Virus record (IMG/VR): IMGVR_UViG_3300033067_001996 | Location: 1 to 29,792 of that record | DNA: 29,792 nucleotides | Reading direction: 5' to 3' (one strand) | Origin: a virus | Lineage: Duplodnaviria > Caudoviricetes | Shown: positions 9,061 to 18,151 of the stretch, piece by piece | Layout: each line of letters begins with the position of its first letter | Numbering within the stretch: the first letter of the stretch is position 1 | Position numbers and translations under genes: made by a program | The notes under the pieces: model-generated | What the model saw: only the letters and a program-made list of their open reading frames with translations | What the model was told of the DNA's origin: nothing | Databases searched by the model: none

Positions 9061-9588
9061 TCAGACATAGGAGGTGGCTGCTCCTGCTTGGAATGAGGTT
9101 TTGAACCTAATCTCACAGACCAATTTGTTGCCAGTCTGCGTTACGGTCATTCTTTGGAGGATTGTATTAAAGACCTCTGGAGTCAGTCCTCCATAGTTTC
9201 CGTAGTAAGTCAGAACCCTCTGGATATCATGGAAGTCGGTGTTGATACGATCCATCAGATCGTCGTAGTAACCAGTACCGTTGACCTCGTCTGTTCCTTC
9301 AGTAAGGTCATCACCTAGGTGAGTGTAGAAATATGATACCTTGACGATCACGTCCATGTCGTAGAGAATATACCCGTCAATGTGGTTAACTGGAACAATT
9401 GGGGTAATTCCCTCGCAGGTAACTTGAAACCTTCTCTCTGTGGTCGACTCGTAGCCGTCCTCAATCTGACCAGCGTCTCTGTCATACAACCTAAACCTTC
9501 CAGTTGAGATAGAAAAGGAAGCGTTTGGGGCATAGTCGCCGAGGATCAGGTTTTGGAATCGTGTTTTGATGGTGCTTGTCAGTGACAT
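9061..9588 (-). CDS. Putative tail terminator/completion protein
   Basis: 175 aa; sits between adaptor and tube genes; alpha/beta pattern. Confidence 0.5.
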   Translation of the reverse strand: MSLTSTIKTRFQNLILGDYAPNASFSISTGRFRLYDRDAGQIEDGYESTTERRFQVTCEGITPIVPVNHIDGYILYDMDVIVKVSYFYTHLGDDLTEGTDEVNGTGYYDDLMDRINTDFHDIQRVLTYYGNYGGLTPEVFNTILQRMTVTQTGNKLVCEIRFKTSFQAGAATSYV

Positions 9589-9590
9589 GG

Positions 9591-10469
9591 TTATCTCCTA
9601 ACAATCTTCATCTGACGAACGTACTTGTCACCTGGACCATTGGTCGACCCATCTTGGTCCATATCAACTACGGCAGAACCGAGAGCAAACTTGAGTTCCT
9701 CATCAAACCTCTGGGCCATGAGATTGCGATAGTCAAGGTAATCTGGCCCTGCAAGCTCAGCCAAAGTCATACGGCAGAAGTAAGCGTGAGGTTGAGTCAA
9801 GACCACAGTTCCAACAAGGGAGCCTGGGGAATAGTTGATTGCAATGCGATTCAAGACCATCTCCCAGGTCTGTGTCTTGAAGTCCTCAAAGGAGATACCT
9901 GAAGGCATCTTCTTGGTGAGAGTTGGATCAAGGTCTCGTAGGGTCTCAATGTTCAAATGAGAGATTGGCATATACCTTGCAACAGTGAAAGCTTCAACGT
10001 GTGTTTGCTGAGCTGAACCGCTAACCGTATATGAGATTTCAATTCTATGACCAGTCCCAATGGTATTACACTGAGCTGCCGTCAAAGTGATATCAACCTG
10101 GGAAGATACGATTGGATCATTGTTAGCATGGTCCCAGAGCAAAGGACGCATCAAGCGAATGGTGTTTGCTGTCTTGCTCTTGATGGTAACAAACTCAGCA
10201 GTGTAGTCTTCTGGGTCGGTATTCCCAATGATATACCTATGCCCAACCTTAAAGTTGGTGGTTGATCCAATGTTAAGCGACGTGGCTCCTGCTGTTGCTG
10301 CTGCATTGACAGAACTAGAAACAGTCTCAACAGAAACACTTCCTGTTCCATTGCTTCCTCCAGCAGGAAGATAAAGGGAAGCCGTCACACTTCCTGTGTC
10401 TGGTTTTTGTGGGAGTTGGCAGTGAAAGATTCCGCCAACGTTGTAGAGCATGAAGTTGTTTGGTTGCAT
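9591..10469 (-). CDS. Putative head-tail adaptor with extra N-terminal beta domains
   Basis: Helical C-terminal half (Y..MAQRFDEEL) and synteny. Confidence 0.5.
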   Translation of the reverse strand: MQPNNFMLYNVGGIFHCQLPQKPDTGSVTASLYLPAGGSNGTGSVSVETVSSSVNAAATAGATSLNIGSTTNFKVGHRYIIGNTDPEDYTAEFVTIKSKTANTIRLMRPLLWDHANNDPIVSSQVDITLTAAQCNTIGTGHRIEISYTVSGSAQQTHVEAFTVARYMPISHLNIETLRDLDPTLTKKMPSGISFEDFKTQTWEMVLNRIAINYSPGSLVGTVVLTQPHAYFCRMTLAELAGPDYLDYRNLMAQRFDEELKFALGSAVVDMDQDGSTNGPGDKYVRQMKIVRR

Positions 10470-10561
10470 GAGCTTCCTCTTTCTTGGTAGATATGGACTT
10501 ATTCAGGAGAGCTTGGTCGACTCTTGGTAGCTCCATGTCTCAAAAGCTAGAAGAAGAAGAA

Positions 10562-10583
10562 GATAGTAGTATAGAGGAGACAC
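10562..10583 (+). repeat. Dispersed 22-bp repeat copy 3
   Basis: GATAGTAGTATAGAGGAGACAC after AGAAGAAGAAGAA; in a divergent intergenic region. Confidence 0.95.
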
Positions 10584-10653
10584 CCTATCCCCCCACGCCA
10601 ATAAGTATAGCGTTGTAACCTGTGTGTACACTAGTTACCATTACAGAGGACCA

Positions 10654-10983
10654 ATGAAGTACGAGAAGAAGAACAAATACAGAATGGGGGAGCTCAAGCA
10701 CGGACCGACAACAGTGGCGTCTGTCAGGCTTCCAGAGACAACAATTGCAGTTATTGAAGAGATGGCAAAGTCTGTTGGCGAGACCAAGGGACAGTTCATT
10801 GCCAATGCCATCATTCACAGGATGATCCAGGTAGACATGCTGTCTCCTGGAGAAGCAAGCAAGGCAGCTCTGGAGAACCCAGGAAATGCCAAGTTCATTG
10901 AACTCCTGAAGAAGTGGCTGGTATCAGACGAACGAGAAGATACGGAGCTTCCTGGTCTCTTTGAGATTCCAGACATCAAATGA
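10654..10983 (+). CDS. Ribbon-helix-helix-like transcription regulator
   Basis: ASVRLPETTIAVIEEMAKSVGETKGQFIANAI; GAGGA RBS. Confidence 0.65.
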   Translation: MKYEKKNKYRMGELKHGPTTVASVRLPETTIAVIEEMAKSVGETKGQFIANAIIHRMIQVDMLSPGEASKAALENPGNAKFIELLKKWLVSDEREDTELPGLFEIPDIK

Positions 10984-10986
10984 AGA

Positions 10987-11021
10987 AAGCCTGGACACCA
11001 TTGCCCAGGCTTCTTGCTTTT
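10987..11021. terminator. Terminator hairpin between convergent genes
   Basis: AAGCCTGG...CCAGGCTT flanked by an A-rich and a T-rich run. Confidence 0.6.
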
Positions 11022-11055
11022 AGGTCTACAAGACCGTTTAGTTGAGGCTGGTTAA

Positions 11056-11787
11056 TCAACCAAGCTTGACTTCACGAACGAGCCAAAGCCCTTTCTTGCC
11101 AACCCTGGATTGAGCAACACCATGTCCGTAGCGCTCCATGATGGAGATTGCTTCGTCAAGGGGGAACATCTTTGGCTTGTCGCCAATCTCAACACAGTAG
11201 TAGGGCGCTCCCTTCATACCGTACATCCTACTTGCTCGCGTCTGATTCGTAGCAAAAGCAGGACCACTGTACTTTGCAGCACGAATCTCTTCGGCTGCCT
11301 TGGATTCACCCTGGGATGCAATGTCCTTGTGCCATCCTCCGCATACCTTGGCAGCAAGAACCTTTCCGCGCCTTGGTTCTGGAACAAGAGCTCCATTGTA
11401 ATCATGGATTGGAATTGCGTCCTGCCTGTATTGAGCAGGAATAAGAGCAAGGGCAATGACAGAATAGTCAGCCGAAAAATCAGAATCGCTCCTGAGCATG
11501 GTAAGAGCAGCAGTCCTTGGAAGAACGTCTCTTTGCGAATGAAGTTGCAAAATGCTCGTTAGGACGGCATATCCTCCATCAATCAAGCGTTGGATTTCCT
11601 TCTTGATGTAGCCGTCAAGGATCTCTGGACTCTCTCTCTTGTAGTTCGTTCTCCAGTCAGCAGCGAAGTCGTATGCGATACGATCGTCTGGATTCTCTGA
11701 CTGCTCGCGCTGTTCACGCTCAGAGAGTTCGCTTTCTGCCGTCTCAAGCAATTCAACAGGTGCTTCCTTGGTTCCATTTTTAGCCAT
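11056..11787 (-). CDS. Hypothetical protein (late-type upstream motif)
   Basis: Probable start MAKNG at 11787 with GAGGA RBS; 243 aa. Confidence 0.65.
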   Translation of the reverse strand: MAKNGTKEAPVELLETAESELSEREQREQSENPDDRIAYDFAADWRTNYKRESPEILDGYIKKEIQRLIDGGYAVLTSILQLHSQRDVLPRTAALTMLRSDSDFSADYSVIALALIPAQYRQDAIPIHDYNGALVPEPRRGKVLAAKVCGGWHKDIASQGESKAAEEIRAAKYSGPAFATNQTRASRMYGMKGAPYYCVEIGDKPKMFPLDEAISIMERYGHGVAQSRVGKKGLWLVREVKLG

Positions 11788-11851
11788 ATTGTTCCTCTTT
11801 GGGTTCAGAGTTAAATATATGGGAAAGTGGATTGTCCCAGGAAAACTATCT

Positions 11852-12211
11852 TTATTGCTGGTCAACCAATGCCTGGATAATGGAGCTTGCAATCACGGTG
11901 TCCCCGTAAGCCATCTTCTTTGATGGGATTCTCCAGGACCAAGCCCAAATGACAGGATCAGCTTTCCTGATCATGCTATTGCCAGCGTTGATGTTCAAGT
12001 CCTGGATCGTTGCATTGGTCTCGGCAAGCTCAAGGACGACGCCGAGTTCCTTCTGAATGGAAAGCAGGAGACCATGGAGGTCGACAGCTAGCCATTGGAG
12101 CTCCTCTGAGGTCATCTGTGTCATCCTAAGCTCCAGGACGACCTTGGATTCGTTCCGCGCTGTTGCTGGCTTTAGAAGACCGTATAGAGTCTCCTGGAGC
12201 TTCCTGCTCAT
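11852..12211 (-). CDS. Hypothetical protein
   Basis: AAGGAG RBS before MSRKLQ at 12211. Confidence 0.55.
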   Translation of the reverse strand: MSRKLQETLYGLLKPATARNESKVVLELRMTQMTSEELQWLAVDLHGLLLSIQKELGVVLELAETNATIQDLNINAGNSMIRKADPVIWAWSWRIPSKKMAYGDTVIASSIIQALVDQQ

Positions 12212-12317
12212 GAACTCCTTGATGACTTGGTTGGGTGGATTGTTCCGTCTGTCATTGAAGGAGTTACGGGCCTGGGAAGCTTTCTTTGATTGATATGATG
12301 CCATGTGCCTCTTAGCT

Positions 12318-13391
12318 CTAAATAGTAGCGTCTTCACTACTTTGGGATGAGGAAAGAGGTAGCTTGTAACCTTCGTAGGAAGGTGTGATGCCCTTCAGCA
12401 TTCTCTTGAACTTGAAGAAGCTGAATCCATTCTCCTTGCAGAACTTGGATAGGTTGTCAATTGTCATCAAGTTGCCGTCAGGTCCAATGACTTCGTATGC
12501 GGTTGCCTTGAAGCAGTGAACCTTTAGGTGATCCATACCACCAGAGATAAAGCGTTCCTTGGCTTTGGTAGAGAGAACAGCCCTTTTCTCCTCAGACTGT
12601 TCCCTGGAGATCAGACCGTCTTTCCAGAGTCTCTTGGAATGCTCCGAGCACTTGCGCTTATACTCCTCAAGCTTGACAGGATCGGCTTCCCTCTTGGCCT
12701 TAACCTTCAGGTAGGCTTCCCTCTTGCGCTGACGGGATTCCTCTGTTGATAGAGTTTCCTTCAAATTCTGCGAAATAGCCTTTCTTGACTCTGGGTCTGC
12801 CCAACGTTCCTTGAGCTTCTCAGAGATCAAAGCTCCGTTTGCTTTCTTTGTTGCCGAGATACTAGCGCCAAGCTCGGCCCTGAAGGTCTCATCGTCAAGT
12901 GCAACCTTCTTGCCAGTGTGCATCCTTTCCAGAGCAGCAACCTTGTATTCTGGATCGTCCCAAAGCTTCTTCATTGACTCTGACTGCTTCTTCTTGGTTT
13001 CCTCTGGGTTGCTGGAATAGTAGGTGCGTTCCTTGTCGGTAACCTTTTGCCTGAAGTTGTAGCAGGCACGAGAGCCGTCAGGAAGAATGGACTGGTAAAT
13101 CTCACTAATACACTCCTCTTCTCGTTTGTTCCTGTTCTCCTTGGTCGACTCTTCCATGACCTCAATGACTTCAAAGACAAGGAAGTCATCGTGTCCGAGC
13201 TCTTCCTTGCATTTGTTGAAGTCGTTCTGGAGGAACTTATTCTGGTGCTTGTTGGATCTTAGTGCAGCAGAATGAGAGGACCATCTTTCCTTGAATCTTT
13301 TTGCTTGACCAATGTAGATGCGGTTGGAGTGAGTGTTGGTAATCTTGTAGATTCCAGACTTGAGCGAGTGCGATTGATAGTTGAACTTCAT
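12318..13391 (-). CDS. Free-standing GIY-YIG homing endonuclease
   Basis: SGIYKITN...IYIGQA...RWSSH, conserved REEE and YN; repeated helical EETKKKQSES/ESRKAIS (NUMOD3-like) segments. Confidence 0.9.
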   Translation of the reverse strand: MKFNYQSHSLKSGIYKITNTHSNRIYIGQAKRFKERWSSHSAALRSNKHQNKFLQNDFNKCKEELGHDDFLVFEVIEVMEESTKENRNKREEECISEIYQSILPDGSRACYNFRQKVTDKERTYYSSNPEETKKKQSESMKKLWDDPEYKVAALERMHTGKKVALDDETFRAELGASISATKKANGALISEKLKERWADPESRKAISQNLKETLSTEESRQRKREAYLKVKAKREADPVKLEEYKRKCSEHSKRLWKDGLISREQSEEKRAVLSTKAKERFISGGMDHLKVHCFKATAYEVIGPDGNLMTIDNLSKFCKENGFSFFKFKRMLKGITPSYEGYKLPLSSSQSSEDATI

Positions 13392-13414
13392 CTAAGTTTC
13401 CCCTTGCTGAAATG

Positions 13415-13444
13415 AAAAAAGCCTCACTGGTTTCCCAGGAGGCT
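13415..13444 (-). terminator. Intrinsic terminator after the major capsid gene
   Basis: Minus strand AGCCTC-CTGG-GAAA-CCAG-T-GAGGCTTTTTT. Confidence 0.8.
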
Positions 13445-13491
13445 CTTGTCACCTCAGAGCTAAGTATAACTCAGAGGGCAGGTTTTGCAAG

Positions 13492-14427
13492 TCAGACCCT
13501 AAGATCAATTTGCGTAATCTTTGCATGGACTGCTCTGTCTTCCAGAATCAGTGCCATAGCTCCAACCACTGCCCTGTTGACACCGAGGTTCGTTGCTGGA
13601 ACGTCCTTGGAGGTAGGCTCAATGTGGACAGCGATCTTGGCCTTGCTCATGTCAACGAAGTAGCACTCAGTTGCCGAAGCACCTGGGATCACCACGATTG
13701 GCATGCCGTTGAACTTGACAGGCTGACCAACTGGGGCCTTACCAAGATCAAGCGACTGGCCGTACATTCCACGCATGTTGGAAGCAACAGCTCCTTCATA
13801 GATCGTGAACACTGCTGGGCTCATGAAGACAACAATATCGCCGATGCTTGCATTGGTTGCAAGGAGGTCAGAGTAGGTGTCATCAAGAACCGAGACGAAC
13901 GAGCTGCCCGAGCAGGTATTCTCAACAGATGCCCAACCAGCGTATGTGCTTTGGTTGATACCGTGAGCTGTTCCTGTGCTGTCAATGAGAGCCGAGATAC
14001 CAACAGAAGCACCATTTCCGCAGAAAAGGTCTTCAAAGTATTTCATGAGCTTCAAGGTAGCTGAGCGCTCTTCACGAGCAAGAACGTCTTCGTATGTTCC
14101 ACCATTTGCTTGGTTGGCAAGCTGACGATCTGTCACGCCGTATGGAGACTTACCGAAACTTACAACCTGCGATGCACGAGGTGTAAGGGTAGAACCAAAC
14201 GATGTGATGGACTCGTTCTCTGTCCATGCCGAAGCTGCAAGGTCAGTTCCCACAACGTAGTTCCACTCAAGGGTCTGAGAGCCACCAGTTGGAAGGAAAC
14301 GACCACGAGCCCTGAATGCAGAGATCAGTGGGGTTGCGTTGAAGACGCCGTCAATTGCCTGACGTGGGTTGACGTTTGGTACAAGATAGTTTGCACCCGA
14401 GACTGCTGTTGTTGCGTTGTTTGCCAT
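13492..14427 (-). CDS. Major capsid protein (HK97 fold)
   Basis: 311 aa; ATPLISAF, WTENE, FEDLFCGNG..GISALI, VFMSPAVF, FNGMPIV; downstream of the scaffold gene. Confidence 0.85.
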   Translation of the reverse strand: MANNATTAVSGANYLVPNVNPRQAIDGVFNATPLISAFRARGRFLPTGGSQTLEWNYVVGTDLAASAWTENESITSFGSTLTPRASQVVSFGKSPYGVTDRQLANQANGGTYEDVLAREERSATLKLMKYFEDLFCGNGASVGISALIDSTGTAHGINQSTYAGWASVENTCSGSSFVSVLDDTYSDLLATNASIGDIVVFMSPAVFTIYEGAVASNMRGMYGQSLDLGKAPVGQPVKFNGMPIVVIPGASATECYFVDMSKAKIAVHIEPTSKDVPATNLGVNRAVVGAMALILEDRAVHAKITQIDLRV

Positions 14428-14573
14428 GATTCAATCCTTTTATCCAAAAAAGGGAAAGAGCAAGCGAACCTTGGTTTCCCTTGGCTCGGCTTGCTCTTTC
14501 TGGGTACCATTACCCTTTTCTGTTTCCCAGGACTGTCTGGGCTGCGAAGCGGCTTAGTTGTATATATGGGAAT

Positions 14574-14879
14574 TCAATCAAATGCCTTGAACGAGATCCC
14601 ATTTTCCTGACCCATGTCAATGACAATTGGAAACGAGTTGTAACTAAGGTCTGTGCACCTAAAACGTTCATTGTCAATGGAGTACGGGGAAGTCTTACCG
14701 ATCACACGCTTGAACTTCGTTGGGTTGTTCTTGATTTCCTGGATCAAGGATTGAAAGTCCGTCGTGCCAATCACCACGAAGTTCCTGCGCTTCCATGGTG
14801 TTGTCGTGTCCTTCTGTGTGTAGTTCAGAAAGCTGTCGCTCAGGATGTCAGATACCGTCATCTCAAACCTTCCTTCCAA
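14574..14879 (-). CDS. Hypothetical protein between scaffold and capsid genes
   Basis: 101-aa ORF; start may be the ATG at 14861. Confidence 0.5.
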   Translation of the reverse strand: MEGRFEMTVSDILSDSFLNYTQKDTTTPWKRRNFVVIGTTDFQSLIQEIKNNPTKFKRVIGKTSPYSIDNERFRCTDLSYNSFPIVIDMGQENGISFKAFD

Positions 14880-15498
14880 AGAAGTCTTCCTGGGAGAACA
14901 CGGGGGAGCCGTGCTTGTTGTTTGGTGTTGGAGCCTTCACTGTTGGCTTTGGTCCAGACTGAATAGGTGGGATACCAGAAGGTTGAGCCTGTGGAGGTTG
15001 AACGTAGTAGTCCTTCCCTTCAATCCAGGACGACATAAAGGTCTCAGCGTCAATTGGAACAACAACCTGCTTGCCATCCTCTTCCTTGAGCTCCTCCGAG
15101 AACACAGCGTCTCCTTGAACCTTGAACTTGGAAGATACAAGGCCAAAGATGTCATCAAGAGCTGTTTCCTTGATGTTCAACTTCTTTGCCACCTTGGCAA
15201 CCTCGGCTCGGATGATGGCCGTCTCCTTCTCCTTGGAAACCTGAGATTGAAAAGCAAGAAGCTCTTCCTGCTTCTTCAAGAGCTCGGCTTGCTCCTTGCG
15301 GAACTTCTCAAGCTCCATCTTCTTCTCGCGCAATTCCTTTTGCAGGGCTCGCATGTTTGCAACTTCCTCTGGTGTGCTACCAGAAGCAGGAGCTTGTCCC
15401 GTAGTGGTCGACTGTGTTGATGCCCCAGGCTGAACTTCTGTTTTCTTGACAACAGCCTGATTTACCTTTTTGAGATATTCAACGTACCTTTTCATCAT
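14863..15498 (-). CDS. Capsid scaffolding protein
   Basis: Low-complexity N-terminus, charged coiled coil, Pro/Gly-rich C-terminus; upstream of the capsid gene. Confidence 0.7.
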   Translation of the reverse strand: MMKRYVEYLKKVNQAVVKKTEVQPGASTQSTTTGQAPASGSTPEEVANMRALQKELREKKMELEKFRKEQAELLKKQEELLAFQSQVSKEKETAIIRAEVAKVAKKLNIKETALDDIFGLVSSKFKVQGDAVFSEELKEEDGKQVVVPIDAETFMSSWIEGKDYYVQPPQAQPSGIPPIQSGPKPTVKAPTPNNKHGSPVFSQEDFFGRKV

Positions 15499-15633
15499 TC
15501 CTCTTTTCCTGCTTTTGGGACAGGTATCAAGGTTAACTATGAGGAAGGAGACTTTGATATATGAGAAAGTGTTCTGTTCTGCGAGCTATCAACCTATTGG
15601 TTGGGGTACATCGTGGACGAAAACAGCTTATTC

Positions 15634-15963
15634 TCACATGTCCATTGGTTCAACTTCCAGGTCAGCAGCGGCTTCCTGGAGAGCGAGCACGATCTTGTCG
15701 CCTGGGACTTCGGTGATATCCTCAGATGGTTGAGCATCGGCTCCTGCGTCTGGGGACGGTGCAGATGCGATTGCAACCTTGACACTTCCATCTTCTGCAA
15801 AGCTAAAGCGGAGGTCCTGGAGCAAAGCAAGAGGGATGTCCTTACCTTGGGCCAACACTTCACCAATAGCAATTTCCAGGATGTCCATGAGCATCATTGC
15901 CTTTGCTTCTGGATCAAGTTGAGCTTCCTGGTCGCTGAGTCCTGCTTGTTCTACGTCTACCAT
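15634..15963 (-). CDS. Small acidic protein (head module)
   Basis: 109 aa, very Asp/Glu-rich; AAGGA RBS. Confidence 0.6.
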   Translation of the reverse strand: MVDVEQAGLSDQEAQLDPEAKAMMLMDILEIAIGEVLAQGKDIPLALLQDLRFSFAEDGSVKVAIASAPSPDAGADAQPSEDITEVPGDKIVLALQEAAADLEVEPMDM

Positions 15964-16052
15964 TTTGTGTTCCTTTGCTATTCCCGCGATAAGGGATTAA
16001 TCAAATGTAGATATGGGCGAACTATCGTTGTTGTGCCCATGTCCTTGTTCGG

Positions 16053-16493
16053 TTATTTTCCCTTGGCTCCTGGGATGCTGACAATGACGGGGGCTTGTTT
16101 GATATCCCTGTAGAGATTGCCTGTGTTGTAGCCGATCTTTGTCGTGCCCTTCTGTTTGATGTATTCCCTAGTCAGTGGCTTAAGTGGAACGTCTTTCATG
16201 CCAGCTCCAAACCGTCCCAAGACAATTTCCTTGTACTTGAGTCCTCCAGCTTTCAGAGCAGCCTGGAGGGCTTTGGCTGGATTTGAGACCAAGTCTTGCT
16301 TGGCATAGACCGAAGCAATCTCGGCTACGATATCTTGAGCATTGGCTGGGGTGATTTGAAGAAAGTCTCTCTCCTGTCTCTCTTGGTACCAAAGCTTGTC
16401 AAGACTGTCTTGCTTCTTTAGGGCAAGTTCAATTGAAAGCTTCTTTGGGATGGACGCGATTAGATCATTTGTGAACTGCTTCAGGGTCTTCAT
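16053..16493 (-). CDS. Putative neck / virion morphogenesis protein
   Basis: Start MKTLK at 16493 with GGAGG RBS; PLTREYIKQKG...NTGNLYRDI resembles Mu gpG/HK97 gp10-type motifs. Confidence 0.55.
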   Translation of the reverse strand: MKTLKQFTNDLIASIPKKLSIELALKKQDSLDKLWYQERQERDFLQITPANAQDIVAEIASVYAKQDLVSNPAKALQAALKAGGLKYKEIVLGRFGAGMKDVPLKPLTREYIKQKGTTKIGYNTGNLYRDIKQAPVIVSIPGAKGK

Positions 16494-16516
16494 GGTTCCT
16501 CCGAGAAGGAGAGAGA

Positions 16517-16538
16517 GATAGTAGTATAGAGGAGACAC
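16517..16538 (+). repeat. Dispersed 22-bp repeat copy 4
   Basis: GATAGTAGTATAGAGGAGACAC after GAGAAGGAGAGAGA. Confidence 0.95.
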
Positions 16539-16580
16539 CCTAGAGGCCCTTTGATTTAAAGCCCCCACAGTGGTAGACTA

Positions 16581-18107
16581 TTAACCAACGGACTCTGGTG
16601 TGGTCGGTGGAGTTGGAGGCTCTGCTGGAGCTCCTGGAGCCGCTGGTGGGGTTGTTTGAGCAGGTTGAGCATTGGCCTTGACAACCTCCTTGACAACGAT
16701 CTGCGACACCTCGTCAGAGAGACCCAGGGCATTGGTGATAATGAAGAGCAAGGCTTCCTTCTTTGCCGTATCACCAATCTGGTATTCCTTTGAAAGGTCA
16801 AGAACAGACTTGGCATTCTGAAGGGCAGCTCCCATGTCAACTGGTGAGAACTTGTCAGGGTACGAAACAGAGAATCCAGGATCTCCTTGAATTCCAAGGA
16901 TCTTGGAGGACAGATCAAGCAGCTTGCCCTCAAACTTGCCCATCTCCTTTGCAAAGCGCCTCACGGCGTTCTCAAACTCCCTGGACTTAACTGTCAAAGC
17001 AAAGCCTGAGCTATTGACTCCAGCAGCGCTATTGAGGTCAAGGTGAGCAGCAGCGAAGGCTTTATCAATCAACCAATCAGACTGAGCCTTGAGGGCCTCT
17101 GTTGTATCCTTGGATGGTGAGATGTACGAAGGTGCGTTCGTGTCAGAGTCATAGGTGAGAGCCAACTTCGTCCCCATCCCAATCTGGGCCTCTGGTGTCA
17201 GCGATCCATTGGAGGTCTTGATTGGGTAGGTGAGCTGCGGAAACGACATTCTCAGGATGTCCTGGGAATAGGATTGAAGGTTGTAAACTTCCCTGCCGAT
17301 CTGGGCCTGTGATTCAACAAGGGAGATTCCAACAGGAACCAAGGAACTTGTATCCCTTTGGTAGTAGGATACAACGACTGGAAGTTGACCTTTCAAACCA
17401 GGAGCAAGAGGTACACTATTCGTTACCTCTATCTCATCCAGGTTAAATCCCTTGCTGAAGTCAACCCTACCTGTCAGGGTGTGGATTCCAGTGTCATTAA
17501 TTCTGGTGAAAACAACGTCCTGGATGGCTGGAGCCGAAGCATTGGCAACCTCAGCTTGGTTCACGAAAGCAAAGTCAATGATACGACCAAAGTCGTCCGT
17601 CTTCAGGAAGATGACCTTTGTTGGGTCAATGAGAATAAAGCGGATCTTTGTTGGATCATTTGGTTGGACATCAACAACGACGAATGTCCAGCCGTAGATG
17701 CAGTCCTCGGTGGCAACATTACGAATGAACTCATCATAAGACGAACCCATTGTATCAACATCATTTCCGATACCCTGGGAGACCTTGCCAAAGTTTCTTG
17801 TTGGTGGCTTGGAAGACACGGCGTCCACATAAGCCGAAACCACAGGTTTCACGAGGTTGATATAGGACGCCATCCTAGTTCTTGAACTAAATGAAGCAGC
17901 GGACTCTCCGTCATGCGGAATCAGGTAGCTACTGAAGGCTGAGGTTGAGATGGGAATTGGGTTGCCGTCTTTGTCAACAGCGTACTCGCTTACACTCACA
18001 GACGACAGCACCGACTGAGCTGGGTTGCTGTAGTGGTAACCACCTCTGTATGAGTCCCTAAGAAAGGTCAGATAGGCCCTGATATTGTCGTATGTTGCAA
18101 CTTGCAT
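16581..18107 (-). CDS. Portal protein
   Basis: 508 aa; YINLVKPVV, YGWTFVVVD, LPVV, SSGFAL, VSYPDKF as in SPP1-like portals; Pro-rich tail. Confidence 0.85.
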   Translation of the reverse strand: MQVATYDNIRAYLTFLRDSYRGGYHYSNPAQSVLSSVSVSEYAVDKDGNPIPISTSAFSSYLIPHDGESAASFSSRTRMASYINLVKPVVSAYVDAVSSKPPTRNFGKVSQGIGNDVDTMGSSYDEFIRNVATEDCIYGWTFVVVDVQPNDPTKIRFILIDPTKVIFLKTDDFGRIIDFAFVNQAEVANASAPAIQDVVFTRINDTGIHTLTGRVDFSKGFNLDEIEVTNSVPLAPGLKGQLPVVVSYYQRDTSSLVPVGISLVESQAQIGREVYNLQSYSQDILRMSFPQLTYPIKTSNGSLTPEAQIGMGTKLALTYDSDTNAPSYISPSKDTTEALKAQSDWLIDKAFAAAHLDLNSAAGVNSSGFALTVKSREFENAVRRFAKEMGKFEGKLLDLSSKILGIQGDPGFSVSYPDKFSPVDMGAALQNAKSVLDLSKEYQIGDTAKKEALLFIITNALGLSDEVSQIVVKEVVKANAQPAQTTPPAAPGAPAEPPTPPTTPESVG

Positions 18108-18151
18108 TTGGTTATCCTTGCACCAGCTTGAGCCAGTGGCGTTAACCGTAA

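Noticed and set aside
12318-13491. Group I intron around the GIY-YIG gene
   Set aside because: The capsid ORF looks complete and is followed by a terminator; no split host gene or intron core is evident
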